A stretch of 64,000 nucleotides of DNA from Akkermansiaceae bacterium (GTDB lineage: Bacteria > Verrucomicrobiota > Verrucomicrobiia > Verrucomicrobiales > Akkermansiaceae), in assembly GCA_903827375.1 (NCBI GenBank), contig CAIKHZ010000040.1, positions 470-64,469 of the forward strand, in the 5' to 3' direction. This document shows, in pieces, positions 51,582-64,000 of this stretch; positions within the stretch are counted from its first letter, which is position 1; the number at the start of each line of letters is the position of its first letter. The translations under genes were made by a program, and so were the position numbers. The notes below the pieces were generated by a model. The model did not search any database, was not told the origin of the DNA, and saw only the letters and a list, made by a program, of their open reading frames with translations.

Positions 51582-53951
51582 ATGGCAAGTTGTGAGCATT
51601 GCGGGACAGAGTATGCGCAGCAGACGGGCGCAGGGGATCGGTATTGCTGCCGGGGATGTGAGTTTGTGGCGGCGATGATTGAGGAGAACGGGTTCGAACA
51701 GTTTTATGATCTCAAGCAAGGACTGGCGGTTGCCCCGGTGAGAAGCCGGCCCTTTGAAGAGCACGATTTTTCCTGGTTGGGGTTGAAGGTGGCAGAGGCC
51801 GAGGGAAAGGCGAAGCCCTTGGGAGAGGCGGCACGCATGGAGGTGGCGTTGGAAGGGATTTCCTGCGTCGGCTGCGTCTGGCTCGTGGAAAAACTCTTCG
51901 CCCGCCGAACCGGTTCAGTGCGTGCCGCTGCCAATCCATCCAGTGGACGCCTCCACTTGGAATGGCTGCCGGGACTTTGTGACCTGGAACCGTTCTTGCG
52001 CGAACTGTGCCAGTTCGGCTACGTCGCCGCCCCTGCTGGCTCCGTGAGCGGTGACCATGAACGACGGCGCTTGGCTGCTCGCATCGGCTTGTGCGGCGCA
52101 TTTGCACTCAACGCGATGGCTTTCACCCTGCCAGTGTATTTGGATATGCCGACGGATTTTGAATTTGCCCCGGTATTCCGCCTCATCGCATTTGCCTCGG
52201 CAACCTTGTCGATGTTAGTCGGCGGCGGATACTTCATGGAGCGGGCGTGGCGCTCACTGCGGGTGGGCACCTTGCACATCGACCTGCCCATTGCCTTGGG
52301 TTTGCTCTCGGCTTATGCGGGCTCTATCTGCGGCTGGGTCATGAGGTACGAACGACTCATGTACTTTGATTTTGTGTCGATTTTCGTGTTTTTGATGTTG
52401 AGTGGACGATATCTTCAAACATCCGCCGTGGAGAAAAACCGCCGCCGGCTGGTGCGCCGTCAACCTGTGCCCGAGATGGTGGTTCGCTTCGACCCTGATG
52501 GGCCGCCAGTGGAACGGGAGGCGATTGCCCCGGGATTGAGGTTCTTGTTGGACCAGGGGCGGGCCCTGCCGGTCAGCGGCGTCATGGTGGCCGGCGAGGC
52601 GGATTTTTCCCTTGAGTGGATTCACGGTGAGGCGGCCCCGCAGCGGTTTGCGGCGGGGTCGCGGCTGCCGGCCGGGGCGATCCTGTTGAGCCGGGGGCCG
52701 GCGGCCGTGGAAGCAGGCGAGCGCTGGCAAGACTCACTGTTAGCGAAGTTGACAACAACGCCGACGGGCGAGCGCGGATCACCGGGATTGGCCCGCCTGC
52801 TGCGAGTGTATTTGTCGCTGGTGTTGCTGGTTGGACTGACTGGGTTGGGGTATTGGTGTGCAAATGGGAAATGGCTGACGGGATTGCAGGCGATGATTTC
52901 AGTGTTTGTGGTGTCCTGCCCGTGTGCTTTGGGGCTGGCGATCCCTCTGGCAGACGATCTGGCGGCCTCTGCCATGGAACGGCTGGGCGTGTATGTGCGA
53001 ACCGCCAGCGTCTGGCCCCGGCTGCGACGGGTGCGAAAGGTGGTCTTCGATAAAACCGGGACATTGACATTGGAACGGCCGCTGCTGGAAAACCCGGCCA
53101 CCGTAGCAGGCTTGGACGATGCCGCCGCACTGGCCTTGGCGCAACTGACGCGCGGCTCGCTTCATCCGGTGGCGCGGGCCTTGCTCGAAGCCTTGGGCAT
53201 GCGAGGGCAAAAGTTGCTGGCGCAGAGCCCCGCCGCGTTGCCCGAGGAGTTTGCCGGGCTCGGCGTGGCACTCAACACCCAGGCCGGACGCTGGTCGCTG
53301 GGCCGGGTTGGCTGGTCCGGCAATAGCGCGGTAGGGGCCGCTGCCGCCACGTCGGGAAGCGAATTGCGCCTCGACGGAAAATGGGTGGCAACCTTTCAGT
53401 TCAGCGAAGCCCTGCGCCCCGGCGCGGCTGCCATGCTGCGCCGCTTGGAGCGCCGCGGCCTAGCCCTGTATATCCTTTCCGGCGATCATCCAGACAAAGT
53501 CGCCACCATGGCGGAGGCGCTGGGCCTGCCCGCCGCTCAAGCCCACGGCGGCCTTTCGCCCGAGGAGAAGTCCCACCGCGTCAATCTGGTTAGCCGCCAA
53601 GACACGCTCTATTTGGGTGATGGAGCCAATGACGCGCTCGCCTTTGACGCGGCGCTGGTGACTGGCACTCCAGTGGTGGATCGCAGTTTGCTGGAGGCCA
53701 AGGCGGATTTCTACACCTTGGGCGCAGGCCTCGCTTTCCTGCCTCCTTTGCTCAAAACCGCCGCCGCTCGCACCATCGCCGTCCGCTCGGCCTTTGCCTT
53801 CGCCTTGGTCTATAACCTCACCACGGTCGGTTTTGCGATGAGCGGGCAAATGAGCCCGCTGCTCGCCGCCATCCTCATGCCGCTGAGCTCGATTGTGTCG
53901 ATTTTGCTGGTGGCAACGATTTTTCGAGCAATTGCTGCGAAGAATAGTTGA
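51582..53951 (+). CDS. Heavy-metal P1B-type ATPase, CcoI/FixI-like
   Basis: N-terminal CEHCG..YCCRGC, HMA GISCVGC, CPCALG, FDKTGTLT, HP, LSGD and GDGAND. Start uncertain (ORF from 51417). Confidence 0.85.
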   Translation: MASCEHCGTEYAQQTGAGDRYCCRGCEFVAAMIEENGFEQFYDLKQGLAVAPVRSRPFEEHDFSWLGLKVAEAEGKAKPLGEAARMEVALEGISCVGCVWLVEKLFARRTGSVRAAANPSSGRLHLEWLPGLCDLEPFLRELCQFGYVAAPAGSVSGDHERRRLAARIGLCGAFALNAMAFTLPVYLDMPTDFEFAPVFRLIAFASATLSMLVGGGYFMERAWRSLRVGTLHIDLPIALGLLSAYAGSICGWVMRYERLMYFDFVSIFVFLMLSGRYLQTSAVEKNRRRLVRRQPVPEMVVRFDPDGPPVEREAIAPGLRFLLDQGRALPVSGVMVAGEADFSLEWIHGEAAPQRFAAGSRLPAGAILLSRGPAAVEAGERWQDSLLAKLTTTPTGERGSPGLARLLRVYLSLVLLVGLTGLGYWCANGKWLTGLQAMISVFVVSCPCALGLAIPLADDLAASAMERLGVYVRTASVWPRLRRVRKVVFDKTGTLTLERPLLENPATVAGLDDAAALALAQLTRGSLHPVARALLEALGMRGQKLLAQSPAALPEEFAGLGVALNTQAGRWSLGRVGWSGNSAVGAAAATSGSELRLDGKWVATFQFSEALRPGAAAMLRRLERRGLALYILSGDHPDKVATMAEALGLPAAQAHGGLSPEEKSHRVNLVSRQDTLYLGDGANDALAFDAALVTGTPVVDRSLLEAKADFYTLGAGLAFLPPLLKTAAARTIAVRSAFAFALVYNLTTVGFAMSGQMSPLLAAILMPLSSIVSILLVATIFRAIAAKNS

Positions 53952-54925
53952 AAAAGCTGAATCAACTCACTAGTTTCGTTCAGGACAATTACTGCGACAA
54001 CATGCCGGCCACGATCCAAGCTCACAAATCCTTTGAGAATACCCTGCTGGGTAGAATTGTTCAATCCGACCGATTCAAAATCTATCAGGACGCGTTTCGC
54101 CTCACCACCGGCCTGCCGCTGCGCTTGGTTTCAGCGGATGCCGATCATTGGAGCCTCGACGAAAACACCACCAACCGCAGCCCATTCTGCGAGGCCCTCA
54201 ACCTCTGCACCGACGCCTACACCGCTTGTCGCGATACCAACCGCCGCCTGATGCGCGAAGCTGAAGTCAACGGCCCATCCACCTGCTGTTGTTTTGCCGG
54301 CCTCTGCGCCACCGCTGTGCCCGTCAAAATGGGTGCCTCCGTCGTCGGATTCTTGAAAACCGGTCAGGTCTTTACCAAAATCCCTAGCGAAGCCCAATTT
54401 GCCGAAATGCTCGGCTCGCTGGGCCGCAAGACGCTCAGTGAATCCTCCATCAACCAACTCAAGAGTGCTTACATGAGCACCCGTGCAGTGGATCCGCAAC
54501 GCTACGACAGCATGGTGACGCTGTTGCAAACCTTCGCCGAACAACTCAGCGAACATGCCGAATCACTGGCCATCATCGACGAAGGCAGCGAGCCGGCAGC
54601 CATTACCCGCGCCCGGAAATTCATTCATGCCAATGTTGACCAACCGCTGCCCTTGGGCCAAGTGGCACGCGAAGCCGGCTTGAGTGAATCGCATTTTTGC
54701 CGGCTTTTCAAAGATTCCACTGGCCTGACCCTCACCGATTATGTGAACCGTTGCCGGATCGACTGGGCCAAGCGCGAGTTGCTTCGCCCCGAAGTGCGGA
54801 TCTCAGAAATCGCCTTCCTCGTCGGCTACCAATCGTTGTCACAATTCAACCGCAGCTTCGCCCGGATTGCGGGTGTATCGCCGACCCAGTACCGGAACCA
54901 GCGGCTGGACCGAGCGGCATCGTAA
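53948..54925 (+). CDS. AraC-family regulator with PocR ligand-binding domain
   Basis: Cys-rich sensor (PFC..C..C..CFAGL..AVPV); C-terminal AraC double HTH (SESHFCRLFK..TG, ISEIAFLVGYQSLSQFNRSF). Alternative start ATG 54002. Confidence 0.9.
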   Translation: MKKLNQLTSFVQDNYCDNMPATIQAHKSFENTLLGRIVQSDRFKIYQDAFRLTTGLPLRLVSADADHWSLDENTTNRSPFCEALNLCTDAYTACRDTNRRLMREAEVNGPSTCCCFAGLCATAVPVKMGASVVGFLKTGQVFTKIPSEAQFAEMLGSLGRKTLSESSINQLKSAYMSTRAVDPQRYDSMVTLLQTFAEQLSEHAESLAIIDEGSEPAAITRARKFIHANVDQPLPLGQVAREAGLSESHFCRLFKDSTGLTLTDYVNRCRIDWAKRELLRPEVRISEIAFLVGYQSLSQFNRSFARIAGVSPTQYRNQRLDRAAS

Positions 54926-54992
54926 GGGGCAGAACCCGCTTAGTGCCAGCAGCTAACCCCAGTCCAACACGCCGGTCCCCCTCCCCCGATTT

Positions 54993-57326
54993 ATGGAAGA
55001 GCGCTACGAAATCCGGGAAAAGATCGGTCAAGGAGGGATGGGATCGGTTTACCGGGCTTACGACACGCGAATGAACCGCGAAGTGGCGATCAAGCGCATC
55101 CAACAAGAAGGCGAGGAAGCGCAGCAGCAAGCCACTTCGCAACAGATCATCAGGGAAGCCGGAGCCCTCGCCCAGCTGCAACATCCGCACATTGTCACAG
55201 TCTATGACGTCGGCACCGATGAACAAGGCCCTTATGTGGTGATGGAATTGATCAGCGGCAAAACCCTCGACGAACTCATCGAGAGGGCCCCGCTGACGTG
55301 GGCAGACTTTCACGAGCTCGCCTTGCAAACCCAGGAAGCTCTCATCGCTGCCCAAGAACTCAATCTGGTCCACCGCGACCTCAAACCAGGCAACCTCATG
55401 CTCACCTGGTTGCCCTCCGGCAGATTCCAAGTGAAAATCGTCGATTTCGGCTTGGCCAACCTCGCCGAGACGTCCCAGCTGGACCAACTGGAAAATACCG
55501 AAGCCGTCTATGGTTCGATTTTCTTCATGTGCCCTGAGCATTTTGAGCGTGTCAAATTGGACATGCGTTCGGACATGTACTCGATGGGTTGCGTTTACTA
55601 CAACGCGTTGACCGGGACTTACCCATTCACCGGGGAGACCGGGCTGCAAGTCATGACCGCCCACCTCCATCACCAGGTCATCCCGCTGCATGAAGTCCGC
55701 CCAGATATCCCACTCTGGGCCTGCAATTGGGTCATGTGGCACCTCAACCGCCTCAGCGCCGATCGCCCGCAAAATGCCCGTGAGTCCCTGAAAATTTTCC
55801 TCCAAAACTCCAAAGTCAGATCCTCAACCATGCAAACCAAGCCCACCCCTCCGACAACCGGACAAATTCAGCCCCCGCGCTCTATCGGCCTGAGCGCCTC
55901 TGCGCCGGGACCCGCTGCCGCAATCGTCGTGCCAGAGCCTCCACGTACCCAGACGGCACCCCAATCCCTGCTGCCACCGGAAGGCTCGAAGCCAAGTGTT
56001 CATGCCTCCCCACCCCCGCCGCCGCCGCCGATGCCGCCCCCGCCGCCGCCGCCCGCAGTGGTTTTGCCCGCTGCGACAATCCTTCCAGCTCAGCCGGTAT
56101 TGCCAGCCCTGCCCGCGCCCCGCTTGGCAACCTCCGCCAAGCCCGCCGCTTCCCTCGCCCCCAAGTCCACCCATATCCCGAAAGCCGCCATCGGCCCGAA
56201 AGTGGCCAAGGCTGTCGGCCCAAGCCACGCCCCGGCACCCGTTGCTGTCGTGCGTCAAGGTGAAGTCGCGCAGCCCGATCCTGAAGCGGCACCGGTGGGC
56301 AAGCGCCGCCCGCTGGGCAAGGAGGCCAAGACCGCGATCAAGACGGTGGTGGCGATACTGGTGGTGCTGGTGATTTTGATCATTTATAGCAAAATGCCTA
56401 GCCCGCAAATGGCGACCCTCACCGATATGATGCAAATCGCAGCCGCGCAGGACACCCGCAAGGTTGCGGATGAAGAAAAGGAAGTCATCGTCTCCAAAGA
56501 CTCGTTGGACGTCCTGCTCAAGGCCACCCTGACCCCGAGCATGACCAAAACCCCTGCTCTCGTCTATTTGGCCCTCTGCTATGCCAAACCCGCTCCCGAA
56601 ATAGAACTCGAGGTGGACGCCACCATCGTCGCTTTCGTCCTCCAACAATTCACCAACGACATTTGCGATCCGCAACTCCTCGATGTGTTGCGCAGACGCA
56701 AGAGCCCGACCGTTGCCCCGCCCCTCCTTGAATTCTGCCGTACCACCGGCAATGCCAAGGCCGCCGTCGCCGCCATCGAGGCGTGCCGCACCATCACCAC
56801 AGAAAAGGACTTCCCCAAATTCATCGATATCGTCGATTTCACCGGCAACCCTGACATCAGACAAGCCGCCGAGGAAAGCGCCGCCGATATGCTCAAAAAA
56901 AATATGAACCGCCAGTCGATGGGCAGCAAAGTGAGCGCATCGCTTACCACCGCCTCCAATAGCGACGTCAAGTATGCTCTCATTCGCTTGCTCGGATGCG
57001 TCGGCGGAGTCAAAGCCGCCGATACCATCACAACCGCGCTCGCCTCCACCGACAAAAAGGAGCAACTCGCTGCGGCCATGGGCCTCGCTTCATGGCCTGA
57101 CGATGCCAAGTTTGAGTCCCTGATCACCTATCTCGGCACTCTAACTGACGCCCAAACCCGTAAACTCGTGTTTGATGCCTGTATCGCTTTCGTCGCCAAC
57201 CCGGATCGCACACGCCCCCCCGAAATCAGCGTTAAATTCTGGAACCTCCTCAAAACCAGCTCCAAGTCTCCAGTCGAACAGGCACAGGTTGACCGCGCCC
57301 GCGCCAGTAATAAATCCAAGAAATAG
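54993..57326 (+). CDS. Hanks-type Ser/Thr kinase with poly-Pro linker, one TM and HEAT-like C-terminal domain
   Basis: IGQGGMGSVY, VAIK, HRDLKPGN, DFG and MCPE; PPPPPPPMPPPPPPP; TM VVAILVVLVILIIY; helical repeats. Confidence 0.9.
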   Translation: MEERYEIREKIGQGGMGSVYRAYDTRMNREVAIKRIQQEGEEAQQQATSQQIIREAGALAQLQHPHIVTVYDVGTDEQGPYVVMELISGKTLDELIERAPLTWADFHELALQTQEALIAAQELNLVHRDLKPGNLMLTWLPSGRFQVKIVDFGLANLAETSQLDQLENTEAVYGSIFFMCPEHFERVKLDMRSDMYSMGCVYYNALTGTYPFTGETGLQVMTAHLHHQVIPLHEVRPDIPLWACNWVMWHLNRLSADRPQNARESLKIFLQNSKVRSSTMQTKPTPPTTGQIQPPRSIGLSASAPGPAAAIVVPEPPRTQTAPQSLLPPEGSKPSVHASPPPPPPPMPPPPPPPAVVLPAATILPAQPVLPALPAPRLATSAKPAASLAPKSTHIPKAAIGPKVAKAVGPSHAPAPVAVVRQGEVAQPDPEAAPVGKRRPLGKEAKTAIKTVVAILVVLVILIIYSKMPSPQMATLTDMMQIAAAQDTRKVADEEKEVIVSKDSLDVLLKATLTPSMTKTPALVYLALCYAKPAPEIELEVDATIVAFVLQQFTNDICDPQLLDVLRRRKSPTVAPPLLEFCRTTGNAKAAVAAIEACRTITTEKDFPKFIDIVDFTGNPDIRQAAEESAADMLKKNMNRQSMGSKVSASLTTASNSDVKYALIRLLGCVGGVKAADTITTALASTDKKEQLAAAMGLASWPDDAKFESLITYLGTLTDAQTRKLVFDACIAFVANPDRTRPPEISVKFWNLLKTSSKSPVEQAQVDRARASNKSKK

Positions 57327-57360
57327 AGCCGCCACCCACTCACTCAGCTTCCTACCCACC

Positions 57361-59403
57361 ATGCGCTTTCCATTCCCTCTGGCCGCCAGCACCGCCACTT
57401 CCCTGCTCGTCGCGAGCGTCACGAGCCCCGCCTCTGCCCAGTCCGACTCGGCCACCACCGCCCCTCACTTCGGCACTTGGGGCTTCGACCTCACAGGCAA
57501 GGACGCCGCAGTCAAACCGGGCGACGACTTTTTCAAATTTGCCAACGGCGGGTACGTCGAGCGGACCCACATTCCGGAGGATTTGGTGCGTTTTGGTAAT
57601 TTTGATGTGCTCTCGATCCTATCGGAAAACCGGGTGCGAGAGATTTTGGACGAAGCCACAAAGCAACCGACGGAGGCAACCGCCAAAATCGGCTGCTTCT
57701 ATGCCACATTCATGGACGAGGCAAAGGTGGAACAACTCGGCGCGCAGCCGCTCGCCACGGATCTCGCCAACGTCAAGGCCGCCACTTCGCGGGAGAACCT
57801 TGCCGCCATCATGGGTCATCCGGGCACCATGTGTCGCAGTCTTTTTGGCGCGGGCATCAGTGCCGACGCCAAAGACCCATCGCGCTATGCGGTGCACATC
57901 GGCTCCAGTGGCTTGGGCATGCCGGACAAAGACTATTACCTCAAGCCCGCCTTTGCTGAGACCAAGGCCAAGTATCAGACCTACGCAGCGGATCTGTTAA
58001 CCCTCATCGGCTGGCCCGAACCCGCCCGCTTCGCTACCCAAATCGTCGCATTCGAAACCCGCTTGGCCGAAGCCAGCTGGGAACGCGCCGACCACCGCGA
58101 TCGCGACAAAACCTACAACCCGATGTCCCCCGCGGAACTGTCCGCCTACTCGCCCGGCTTCGATTTCATCGGTATGTTAAATGCACGAGGTCTCGCCAAG
58201 GTGCAAAAATTCATCGTCGGAGATAATACGGCTTTCCCAAAGAAGGCGGCGATCTTCGCCGAAACACCCCTCGAAACCCTGCAAGCTTGGATGGCGTTTG
58301 GCATCGCCGATGCCGCCGCTCCTTATCTATCCAAAGCCTTCGTCGATGCCAGCTTCGGATTCCACGCCAAAACACTCTCCGGCCAGCCCGAGCAACGAGC
58401 CCGCTGGAAACGCGGCGTGATGCTCACCAACGAGGTCCTCGGTGAGGCCGTCGGCCAAATCTATGTCGCCAAGTATTTCCCCGCCGCTTCCAAACGCCAG
58501 ATGCTGGAATTGGTCAACAATATCAGATCGGTGATGGCTGAGCGCATCAACCGCCTCGATTGGATGGGCGAGGAAACCAAAAAAGCCGCCCAGCAAAAAT
58601 TGGCCAGTTTCACGGTCAAAATCGGTTATCCTGATGAGTTCCGGGACTATTCGGCGCTCGTCGTCAAGGCAGGCGATCTTTACGGCAACCTCATCCGCTC
58701 CGGTGAATTTGCTTGGAAGCGCGAACTCGATCGTCTGGATAAACCGGTGGACCGCAAGGAGTGGGGCATGCCACCGCAAAAGGTCAATGCCTACTACAAT
58801 CCCTCATTCAACGAGATCGTGTTTCCCGCTGCTATCCTTCAACCGCCGTTTTTCGATCCGCAGGCGGACCCGGCAGTCAACTACGGCGGAATTGGCGGCG
58901 TCATCGCCCATGAAATCAGCCACGGTTTCGACGATCAGGGCCGCAAGTCCAACGGCGATGGCGTGCTCAAGGATTGGTGGACGAGCGAAGATGCAGCCAA
59001 GTTCAATGCCAGGGCCGAGCACCTCGGGGCTCAATACGAAAGCATCGAGATTTTGCCAGGTGAACACATCAACGGCAAACTCACCATGGGCGAAAATATC
59101 GGAGATATGGGCGGACTCACCTTCGCGCTCGACGCCTACCAAGCCTCGCTGCACGGGGCCGCCGCTCCTGTCTTGGATGGCGTCAGCGGCGTGCAACGGG
59201 TGTTCTTCGGCTGGGCCCAAGTCTGGCGCCAAAAAATGCGCGACGAAGCCAAGCTCAAACAAATCCACACCGACCCCCACTCGCCAGCTGAAGCTAGGGT
59301 CAATGGTGTGGTGCGCAACATTGACGCCTGGTATTCCGCGTTTGACGTCAAACCCGGCGACAAACTCTACGTGAAGCCCGAAGACCGGGTCCACATCTGG
59401 TGA
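57361..59403 (+). CDS. M13 family metallo-endopeptidase (PepO/ECE-like)
   Basis: Signal peptide; PGDDFF..ANG, VNAYY, AILQPPFF, HEISHGFD (HExxH), GENIGD and HSP. Confidence 0.92.
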   Translation: MRFPFPLAASTATSLLVASVTSPASAQSDSATTAPHFGTWGFDLTGKDAAVKPGDDFFKFANGGYVERTHIPEDLVRFGNFDVLSILSENRVREILDEATKQPTEATAKIGCFYATFMDEAKVEQLGAQPLATDLANVKAATSRENLAAIMGHPGTMCRSLFGAGISADAKDPSRYAVHIGSSGLGMPDKDYYLKPAFAETKAKYQTYAADLLTLIGWPEPARFATQIVAFETRLAEASWERADHRDRDKTYNPMSPAELSAYSPGFDFIGMLNARGLAKVQKFIVGDNTAFPKKAAIFAETPLETLQAWMAFGIADAAAPYLSKAFVDASFGFHAKTLSGQPEQRARWKRGVMLTNEVLGEAVGQIYVAKYFPAASKRQMLELVNNIRSVMAERINRLDWMGEETKKAAQQKLASFTVKIGYPDEFRDYSALVVKAGDLYGNLIRSGEFAWKRELDRLDKPVDRKEWGMPPQKVNAYYNPSFNEIVFPAAILQPPFFDPQADPAVNYGGIGGVIAHEISHGFDDQGRKSNGDGVLKDWWTSEDAAKFNARAEHLGAQYESIEILPGEHINGKLTMGENIGDMGGLTFALDAYQASLHGAAAPVLDGVSGVQRVFFGWAQVWRQKMRDEAKLKQIHTDPHSPAEARVNGVVRNIDAWYSAFDVKPGDKLYVKPEDRVHIW

Positions 59404-59575
59404 AGCACCCGCAGTGCCCGCCCCAGAACTCCAAACCTCGACCTTATTTCCCGGAAGGGGTATGCACTGATACCACGCTGAAAAATGGCGGCGGGTAGCT
59501 CAGCCCGCCATTGGTGCCAAATTTCGCCAACCCACGCTTGCGCCACAGCCGCTTCTGGCCTATGCATCCGGCCTC

Positions 59576-60205
59576 ATGGTTAGCTTCACACTCTTTGGAA
59601 TCCCAGTCCAGATCCACCCTTGGTTCTGGATCTCGCTGGCCATGATCGGCGGCGGCAATTCCGCCAATACCCAGATCGGCATCTTGCTCTTGGCCTTGTT
59701 TGTGCTCGCTGGCCTCATCTCCATCCTCGTCCACGAACTCGGCCACGCCCTCACCGGACGCGCCTTCGGTGCCCACAGCGAAATCACCCTCCAAGCTTTT
59801 GGCGGCCTCGCCAGCTTCACCGGCGCACGCTTCACCCGGCCCCAACACTTTCTGGTCACCGCTGCGGGTCCCGTCGCCCAACTCCTGCTCGCCGCCCTCA
59901 TCTTGCTGATCATCCCCAACCACCTCACTGAGTTCACTCCCGCCGCTTATTTCTGGCGCATCCTCACCCGCATCAGCATCGTCTGGGCCCTCATCAACCT
60001 GTTGCCAGTGCTGCCGCTGGATGGCGGCCAAATGCTAAACGCCATCCTCGGCCCAGCCCGCCTCAAACTCACCCTCTCGATCACCATCGTTACCGCCTGC
60101 ATCGCCGCTATCCTCATCTATCAAAAATATCACTCGCCGATTTTTCCGATATTCCTCGGTCTGTTCGTGTGGCAGGCATGGCAGGCGCTCAAGCAGTGTC
60201 CTTGA
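59576..60205 (+). CDS. Site-2 (M50) intramembrane metalloprotease
   Basis: VHELGH and NLLPVLPLDGG motifs in a polytopic membrane protein. Confidence 0.85.
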   Translation: MVSFTLFGIPVQIHPWFWISLAMIGGGNSANTQIGILLLALFVLAGLISILVHELGHALTGRAFGAHSEITLQAFGGLASFTGARFTRPQHFLVTAAGPVAQLLLAALILLIIPNHLTEFTPAAYFWRILTRISIVWALINLLPVLPLDGGQMLNAILGPARLKLTLSITIVTACIAAILIYQKYHSPIFPIFLGLFVWQAWQALKQCP

Positions 60206-60221
60206 TCCTTTCTTTCGAGGG

Positions 60222-62459
<2,238 letters not shown>

Positions 62460-62529
62460 GCTGGCTGGAGATACCCCCCGATATGGACCATTCCTTTCAA
62501 TGATCCCATGAATCCCACCGGCAACTGTC

Positions 62530-63045
62530 CTACGCGGTCTGGGCCTTAATCCATGCCACCAGCTTGGCGTCGTTGTCGCCAACGGCCCACACGCGGCGAA
62601 GGAAATCGGCGGGCGGAATGGACCCATGCTTGCTGAGGAAATTGCGGTCGCCGCCACAGCCGAACATCACGTCAGGATCAAGTTCACCGCGAAGTTTGGC
62701 GCGGGCCTTGGCGAGAATGCGCGGCAAATAGGCGAGTCCCTCAAGCTGGTGGCCAAAACTCGGCAGCTCCTCCGCTGTGAGCTGCCTCTCGCTGGTCACC
62801 CCCTTCTGAATCGTTAAAAAATAATCCCGGCGCACTGCTGCCACCAGTAGCGCGGTAGAGGCACTGGGGTCGCCCGACTCGCAGTGGTCCTCGACAAAAT
62901 CGAAAAACTCACGCGTTTGATAGCCTATGGTGGCGAGATACGCGCGGTCCTCTCCAGAGTAAAATTTCTCGAACTGGCGAGCGCCGCCTCGGTAGCTGGC
63001 ACAGCAACTGTCAAAAAGTGCTAGAAAATAGTCGTTCCAAGTCAT
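62530..63045 (-). CDS. DUF5069-like protein
   Basis: LEGLAYLPRILAKARAKLRGEL..MFGCGGDRNFL pattern, recalled from DUF5069. Confidence 0.65.
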   Translation of the reverse strand: MTWNDYFLALFDSCCASYRGGARQFEKFYSGEDRAYLATIGYQTREFFDFVEDHCESGDPSASTALLVAAVRRDYFLTIQKGVTSERQLTAEELPSFGHQLEGLAYLPRILAKARAKLRGELDPDVMFGCGGDRNFLSKHGSIPPADFLRRVWAVGDNDAKLVAWIKAQTA

Positions 63046-63066
63046 GGCAGGAGGGTGGTTAGTGGG

Positions 63067-64000
63067 TTATGCATCCTTTTCTCTATCGTCCGGGGGGACG
63101 ATGAAATCAATAGCGGCCAACAGGCTTTCGCTGAGGGCTTCGGCCTGGAGCGCGTCAAGCGCGTCATCGAGCTGGGCCACATTGCGGGCACCAATGATGG
63201 CGGAGGTGACGTTGGGAGAGCGCAGGGCCCAGCGCAAGGCAAGGTGGTGCAGCGGCATGCCATGGTCGCTGGCGAGCGCGTTCAAGGCGAGGAGTTTTGG
63301 CTGTTGAGCACTCACTTGTATGGGCTGCAAAAACCCCTCGGGACGAGCGGCACGCGAACCGTCTGGGATGCCGTCGAGGTACTTTGACGTGAGCAATCCT
63401 TGCGCGAGTGGGCTGAACACGGTGCAGCCGATCCCCTCGTCCGATAGCCAGTCAAGGATCCCGGCACTCTCCGGCCAGCGGTTGAGCAGCGAGTACGGCG
63501 GTTGATAAACAAGGCACCGGACGCCCATCTCCTTGAGAATTCGCACCGCCTTCTTGAGCCGCTTGAGCGGGTATTTCGACAGGCCAACGTACAACGCCTT
63601 GCCACTTTGAACAGCACTGGCCAACGCCGACATCGTCTCCTCAAGACGGGTATCGGGGTCCGGGCAGTGGGAATAAAAGATATCCACGTAACTCAGCCGA
63701 AGTCGCTTGAGCGACTGATCCAACGAGGAAAGCAGGTGCTTGCGCGAGCCCGCTTCGCCGTAAGGACCTCGCCACATGGCGTGGCCGGCTTTGGTGGAAA
63801 TGACCAACTCGTCGCGGTGGCAGATGAAATCCTCAGCAAGAATCCGCCCAACAGAATCCTCGGCGGAACCGGGCGGCGGACCGTAGTTGTTGGCCAAATC
63901 AAAATGAGTGACGCCCCGGTCAAACGCCCGACTCATGATCTTGCGGGCTTCCTGGAAATCATCAATGCGACCAAAATTGTGCCAAAAACCCAGAGAAATA
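63067..64000 (-). CDS. Aldo/keto reductase (YghZ/Gpr-like), 3' part; start lies beyond the window end
   Basis: The frame is open from the window end: ISLGFWHNFG..AFDRGVTHFDLANNYGPPPGSAE, ISTKAG, YVDIFYSH and SPLAQGLL. Confidence 0.9.
   Translation of the reverse strand, partial: ISLGFWHNFGRIDDFQEARKIMSRAFDRGVTHFDLANNYGPPPGSAEDSVGRILAEDFICHRDELVISTKAGHAMWRGPYGEAGSRKHLLSSLDQSLKRLRLSYVDIFYSHCPDPDTRLEETMSALASAVQSGKALYVGLSKYPLKRLKKAVRILKEMGVRCLVYQPPYSLLNRWPESAGILDWLSDEGIGCTVFSPLAQGLLTSKYLDGIPDGSRAARPEGFLQPIQVSAQQPKLLALNALASDHGMPLHHLALRWALRSPNVTSAIIGARNVAQLDDALDALQAEALSESLLAAIDFIVPPDDREKDA

Overview
Bacterial chromosomal window with about 55 densely packed protein-coding genes; GC content is moderate to high by eye. 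Gene content and the Shine-Dalgarno-poor, C/A-rich leaders suggest a Verrucomicrobiota (Luteolibacter/Haloferula-like) genome, which is an inference. Housekeeping genes (parB, hisC, mnmE, prfC, PHP histidinol phosphatase, pta, pdxJ, acpS, nagZ, nspC, HU) alternate with accessory modules. These are: (1) a His-rich leader ORF ending in HGPP ahead of a porin / binding-protein / permease metal-uptake operon with no ATPase; (2) two very large hydrazine-synthase-alpha-like (HzsA) CxxCH proteins; (3) a GH120-like / SGNH / broken GH16 carbohydrate locus; (4) an Rpn PD-(D/E)XK gene; (5) a four-gene TPR - atypical J-domain - GrpE - Hsp70 chaperone operon; (6) a dhaL-lsrF-Tat isomerase-VOC-dhaK sugar cluster; (7) a histone-H1-like protein with a duplicated HTH; (8) an L,D-transpeptidase / phosphoserine-phosphatase fusion coupled to a ketoacyl synthase. 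I found no rRNA, tRNA, CRISPR array, integrase or terminal-repeat-bounded IS. All family calls come from motif recognition by eye; no database search was run.
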